A DNA stretch of 10,458 bases, from positions 1 to 10,458 of the forward strand of contig CBDESP010000005.1 in the NCBI GenBank assembly GCA_965242525.1, in the 5' to 3' direction. Every line of letters begins with the position of its first letter. The stretch's first letter is position 1. The notes beneath the pieces are model-generated. The model was given only the letters and a program-made list of their open reading frames with translations, was not told the origin of the DNA and searched no databases. Below, piece after piece: positions 7,241 through 10,458 of this stretch. The position numbers and the translations under genes were made by a program. The DNA comes from an uncultured Candidatus Binatia bacterium (lineage in GTDB: Bacteria; Desulfobacterota; Binatia; UBA9968; JAJDTQ01).

Positions 7241-8109
7241 CAGACCGCTACCCGTTGAATCATGGTCAGGGTTTGCCACTTCCGGCGCCCGACCTCGTCG
7301 ATGGACTGGATTTCATAGACGAACGAGAAATCGTCCGCAATCCTGACCCAGTCTCCCACCCGGAAGCGGGCATCGTAACGGACGGTCATGTTCACGGTCT
7401 GGAGTTCCGTCTGGTTGCCTTCCTCGTCGGCTTCGAGGATGCTTCCCACGCCGCCCTCGAGGCGGGCGTAGAACTCGAAGGTGTCTGGCGCTGGTGCAGA
7501 GTCTGCGGCGTCCCGAACGGACATGCCGGTAACCATACGATCGTCAGCCGTTGTTTGCGGGCGCTCCAGAACATAGGACACGCCTCCTGTTTCTTGCCGC
7601 CATCCTACGGTGGGAGAACCGAAAGCAACCGGTGCACGCCCAATCGTCAAGGTCATTGTCCAGAAAGGATCTGACCATGCTTCGGTCTCAGGGTCTTGAT
7701 AGTACCCTTCGAAGATGATGGTTTTGCCTATCTCCAGGAAATCATCCGGTATGGCCCGGCCCGGCCCGAACGGTCCGGTTACCGACATGACAGGGATAAT
7801 GAAACCCCGAACAGGCCATTGGCCAAATGGCCGGTTCGCACTAAGGGTTACTCCGAACAACCATTTGATGGGGAGGATATGGTCTGAAAATGGACGCCGA
7901 AATCCGAAGCCTTGCCCGTCCCAATCGCTGCCGTCGAACGTTCTGGCATTGAAGGGAGTAGCTGAAACGGGAACTGGATTGGCCACATAGCCCAGGTAAT
8001 ACGGCCCGCCGGTGGGTCTTCGGGGTTGAGTAGTAAACCCGCCCGTGCACTTCGTCGCCAATGCGCGACCGGCGACGGCCGCGGCGTAGGCGTCGACGTC
8101 AGGCGGCAT
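7240..8109 (-). CDS. Head-closure / head-tail adaptor (SPP1 gp16-like) C-terminal domain with a ~180-aa N-terminal extra region, 289 aa
   Basis: The C-terminal FYARL...G...E.....Q...TVNMTVRYDARFRVGDWVRI....VYEIQSIDEVGRRKWQTL matches the gp16/head-tail-joining pattern. GAGGGG precedes ATG 8109. 11-nt overlap with HNH. Confidence 0.72.
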   Translation of the reverse strand: MPPDVDAYAAAVAGRALATKCTGGFTTQPRRPTGGPYYLGYVANPVPVSATPFNARTFDGSDWDGQGFGFRRPFSDHILPIKWLFGVTLSANRPFGQWPVRGFIIPVMSVTGPFGPGRAIPDDFLEIGKTIIFEGYYQDPETEAWSDPFWTMTLTIGRAPVAFGSPTVGWRQETGGVSYVLERPQTTADDRMVTGMSVRDAADSAPAPDTFEFYARLEGGVGSILEADEEGNQTELQTVNMTVRYDARFRVGDWVRIADDFSFVYEIQSIDEVGRRKWQTLTMIQRVAV

Positions 8110-8428
8110 GGGGTCCCCTCGGGTCCCGTGTGGACGGCGGCGGCATCGTCACCTTGCCCCCCTGGATCAGTCGCAACCGGGCGCCCCACGCCGATCTACC
8201 CTTGACCTTCTCGTTCTCCTTGGCGGTCTTGGCGAAGTGACAGTCCCGGCAGAGGGTCTGCAGGTTGTCCAGGGTATTCCCGCCGCCGTGCTTGAGCGGC
8301 TTCACGTGGTCGCACTCCAGGCGCCCGGCCCGTCCGCACTTCACACACCGGTAGCCGTCCCGGATGAAGACTTGCTCCCGAAGGACCGCCCACATGGTGG
8401 TCCGGTATTGGCGTTGGTTCGGCGTCAT
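8099..8428 (-). CDS. HNH endonuclease (HK97 gp74-like packaging-associated), 109 aa
   Basis: W..LR..V..RDGYRCVKC...ECDHVKP...GG.N..DNLQTLCRDCH..KT is a canonical HNH with two CxxC. Start moved to ATG 8428 because of the ATGA overlap. Confidence 0.93.
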   Translation of the reverse strand: MTPNQRQYRTTMWAVLREQVFIRDGYRCVKCGRAGRLECDHVKPLKHGGGNTLDNLQTLCRDCHFAKTAKENEKVKGRSAWGARLRLIQGGKVTMPPPSTRDPRGPHAA

Positions 8429-8535
8429 TGGCATTTCTCGCAGGTCCGCAGCAGGGCGAAGCCGCAACTGGCGCCGGTGCAGGTCCACTCACGGTCACAG
8501 ACCCCGCAGAGGTGCGGGTGTGGATGCCCGCTCAT
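8425..8535 (-). CDS. Small Cys/His-rich protein, 36 aa (MSGHPHPHLCGVCDREWTCTGASCGFALLRTCEKCQ)
   Basis: Translated by hand and absent from the ORF track. ATGA overlaps at both ends (8532-8535 and 8425-8428) exactly fill the gap between neighbours. 6 Cys including two CxxC, plus 3 His. Confidence 0.72.
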   Translation of the reverse strand: MSGHPHPHLCGVCDREWTCTGASCGFALLRTCEKCQ

Positions 8536-8711
8536 ATGCTCCCCACGTCGTGCCATGCCGTGTGTATCTGCAGGCACCTTTTGCAGGTGACCTTGACGGT
8601 GGCGGGATCGTCTGACGCTGTGACGCGGTGCAGAGTCCGCAGGACGCGGCCGCAGTAGGACCGGATCACGCCGGTAGCGTAATTCTCGTAGGCTTTGTGT
8701 TTGGTCTTCAT
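8532..8711 (-). CDS. Small putative Zn-binding protein, 59 aa (MKTKHKAY...YCGR...VTCKRC...)
   Basis: ATG 8711 overlaps the terL stop (ATGA, 8708-8711). H...CG...CxxC pattern. This is the C-terminal part of the 118-aa track ORF, whose upstream part overlaps terL. Confidence 0.7.
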   Translation of the reverse strand: MKTKHKAYENYATGVIRSYCGRVLRTLHRVTASDDPATVKVTCKRCLQIHTAWHDVGSI

Positions 8712-10405
8712 AGCAATGTCACCCTGTCGAAGCCCACGTTCTGAACTTGCTCCGCAAGACCCGCGGCAATCACGGCGCTGGACAGGGCATCTATTCGCCC
8801 CGCGAATCGTGCCTTGTCCAGCGCGGGGTTGCCCGCGGCGTCGTAGCGTAGTTGGGAGTCGCCTATAGCGCTCTCCATGATGGTGCACGGGTCCATGAAG
8901 CGGATACGGCGCTGCAACACCGCTCGCTGAAAGGCCCGGATGTCCCGGCTACCGTCCGCGGTGGGGCTGGCGCCCGTTCCGCGCCACACCATCCGCCAGT
9001 CCAGGCCCGCGTCTCTCAGGTACTGTGTGACTTCGTTACGCCGGTAGCGGTCGGCTCCCGCTGCGAGGACCGGATGTCCGGCTACCCGATTGGCGAGGAA
9101 GGCCAGGAACGGCGCTACCGGCGTAACGAGACCGGGGTAGATCGTCAAGGCGCCCTCGGACGCCATTTGCAGATACAGGGTTCCCACGCCGTCCGCTTTA
9201 CCGCGGGCGGCCAGGGATGGCAAGTCGCCGAAGGCGCCATAGGCTTCACACCGTCCGGTCTCCGTCCAGAGGATCACCGCTGCCGTCATGCTGGCGGCGC
9301 CGCCGGCGTCGAAGCCGATCACCACCGGCCCCCGGTCCTCGGGCAGGTCCTCGGGCTGGCACAGGACCTTCTCCCAGGCGCCCACGGAGACGATCATCTC
9401 TTGCGACGGTTCGACCTCTTGGTTCAGGTCGTAGGCCCGGAAGGCGGATTCGTCGGCAGGGATGGCCGCTGCGTGTTCCGCTTCTCCCCGCATGTAGTCC
9501 ATGCTCTTGATGCCGAAATCCAGGCCGGGGTTGGCGGCGCGCCAGGCGTCTTCGTCGGTGAGTTTGCACCTGGCGGGCGCCGCGTACAGGTGGACGTTTA
9601 CGACGTCCTGTTTTCGGCGCTCGATCATTTCCCGCGTGAACGGCGCAAGGCCCCGAATAGACAGGGCAATGAACCGGCCCGAGCGGGCCGAAATCGAAGA
9701 CCGCATACCGTTCACGAGCTCGCGGTGCCGCTCCTCCAGCAGGCCGATTTCGTCCACGATGGCGTCGTCGAAGCCGCTCGCATGGCCGGCGCTCTTGTCC
9801 GCAGAGAGGATATCGACGGCGCCCGTGGTGGACACCACGCGGCCCGGCGCCGGAGTGCGAAGGAACCGGACCTTGGACAACAGGTTGCTGGCTGTGGCAA
9901 TGGCTTCCATCTGCATGCGCAGCTCGTTGGCCTTCTCTTTGGTAACGCTGGTGACCCCGCCCCGGTATCCCCGGATGTGGAGTCCGGGCAGTCCGCTACA
10001 GAGACGCGCCAGCAGAAACGCGGCGATGATGGCGGACTTGGCGTTCTTCCGGGCGATGCATAGCAGACTCTCACGAGCATGTAGGGCATCCCGGATGAAG
10101 TCGATACCGTAGGGCGGTATCACCAGGGGCTGGCCGGCGTTGGCGTGCCCCGGCGGAACCTTGAGGGTGTCGCGGCACCACTTCGCCAGGGCCAGCCCCA
10201 CTTCGAGGGGCTGGGGCTTGGGCCGGACGGCGCCAGGGAGAAGGTCCGATTGACCGGCGCCCGGAACAGGCGACGGTTCCTTCAACCCTCCGCCTTGCGA
10301 TTTGGGCTTGGGTCCTCGCTTCCCGGTAGGGGTGCCTCGGTTCTCCCTCCACCACTTCCGCTTGGCGGCTTTGGCTCGTTCGTCGTGGGGGTTCTTATAG
10401 GGCAT
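8708..10405 (-). CDS. terL: Phage terminase large subunit (HK97/Terminase_1-like), 565 aa
   Basis: Walker A-like CIARKNAKS, Walker B AIVDEIG, W..ANPGL motif, and RNase H-like nuclease motifs VVIGFDAGG, ADRYRR and RIDALSSAV. No clear Shine-Dalgarno before ATG 10405, so the start is less certain. Confidence 0.93.
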   Translation of the reverse strand: MPYKNPHDERAKAAKRKWWRENRGTPTGKRGPKPKSQGGGLKEPSPVPGAGQSDLLPGAVRPKPQPLEVGLALAKWCRDTLKVPPGHANAGQPLVIPPYGIDFIRDALHARESLLCIARKNAKSAIIAAFLLARLCSGLPGLHIRGYRGGVTSVTKEKANELRMQMEAIATASNLLSKVRFLRTPAPGRVVSTTGAVDILSADKSAGHASGFDDAIVDEIGLLEERHRELVNGMRSSISARSGRFIALSIRGLAPFTREMIERRKQDVVNVHLYAAPARCKLTDEDAWRAANPGLDFGIKSMDYMRGEAEHAAAIPADESAFRAYDLNQEVEPSQEMIVSVGAWEKVLCQPEDLPEDRGPVVIGFDAGGAASMTAAVILWTETGRCEAYGAFGDLPSLAARGKADGVGTLYLQMASEGALTIYPGLVTPVAPFLAFLANRVAGHPVLAAGADRYRRNEVTQYLRDAGLDWRMVWRGTGASPTADGSRDIRAFQRAVLQRRIRFMDPCTIMESAIGDSQLRYDAAGNPALDKARFAGRIDALSSAVIAAGLAEQVQNVGFDRVTLL

Positions 10406-10458
10406 CGAGCGGCTCTAGTCGGGAACGGAATCTAGGCAACCCTACCGCTTCTAGGGAA

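Larger units (their letters stand above)
697..10405 (-). mobile_element. Phage-like or phage-satellite (cf-PICI-like) packaging, head and neck module; element boundaries not visible
   Basis: Contiguous co-oriented genes for TerL, HNH, head-closure, gp10-like, MCP, protease, connector fusion and portal, joined by stop/start overlaps or gaps of 9 nt or less. No att sites or integrase seen in the window. Confidence 0.85.

Noticed and set aside
7814-7832. Inverted repeat GGCCATT-N5-AATGGCC
   Set aside because: Short, inside a CDS and with no U-tract, so not supportable as a terminator.
10034-10060. Walker A reading ARKNAKS rather than GRKNGKT as a sign of an inactive terminase
   Set aside because: RKNAKS variants occur in ordinary phage terminases, and the Lys-Ser, Walker B and nuclease acidic residues are present.
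697-10405. RcGTA-type gene transfer agent or encapsulin locus
   Set aside because: Gene order differs from RcGTA, tail genes are absent and an HNH is present. Portal and terminase rule out an encapsulin.

Overview
A GC-rich, translationally coupled minus-strand operon encoding an HK97-type DNA-packaging, head and neck module. In transcription order (right to left): large terminase, a 59-aa Cys/His ORF, a 36-aa Cys-rich ORF missed by the ORF track, HNH endonuclease, gp16-like head-closure protein with a ~180-aa N-terminal extra region, HK97 gp10-like protein with an Arg-rich extension, major capsid protein, prohead protease, a 991-aa protein, portal, a possible small lipoprotein, a stand-alone recombinase-type DNA-binding domain, and a frameshifted hypothetical gene running off the left edge. 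The 991-aa protein appears to fuse a gp6-like head-tail connector to a fibre/adhesin-like body with 45-aa tandem repeats. No separate small terminase, tail tube, tape measure, integrase or lysis gene is recognisable in the window. The order capsid > protease > ... > portal is reversed relative to HK97 and recalls capsid-forming phage satellites (cf-PICIs). The most striking feature is that all three neck proteins carry large fused extensions. All family calls come from motif recognition by eye, not database searches.
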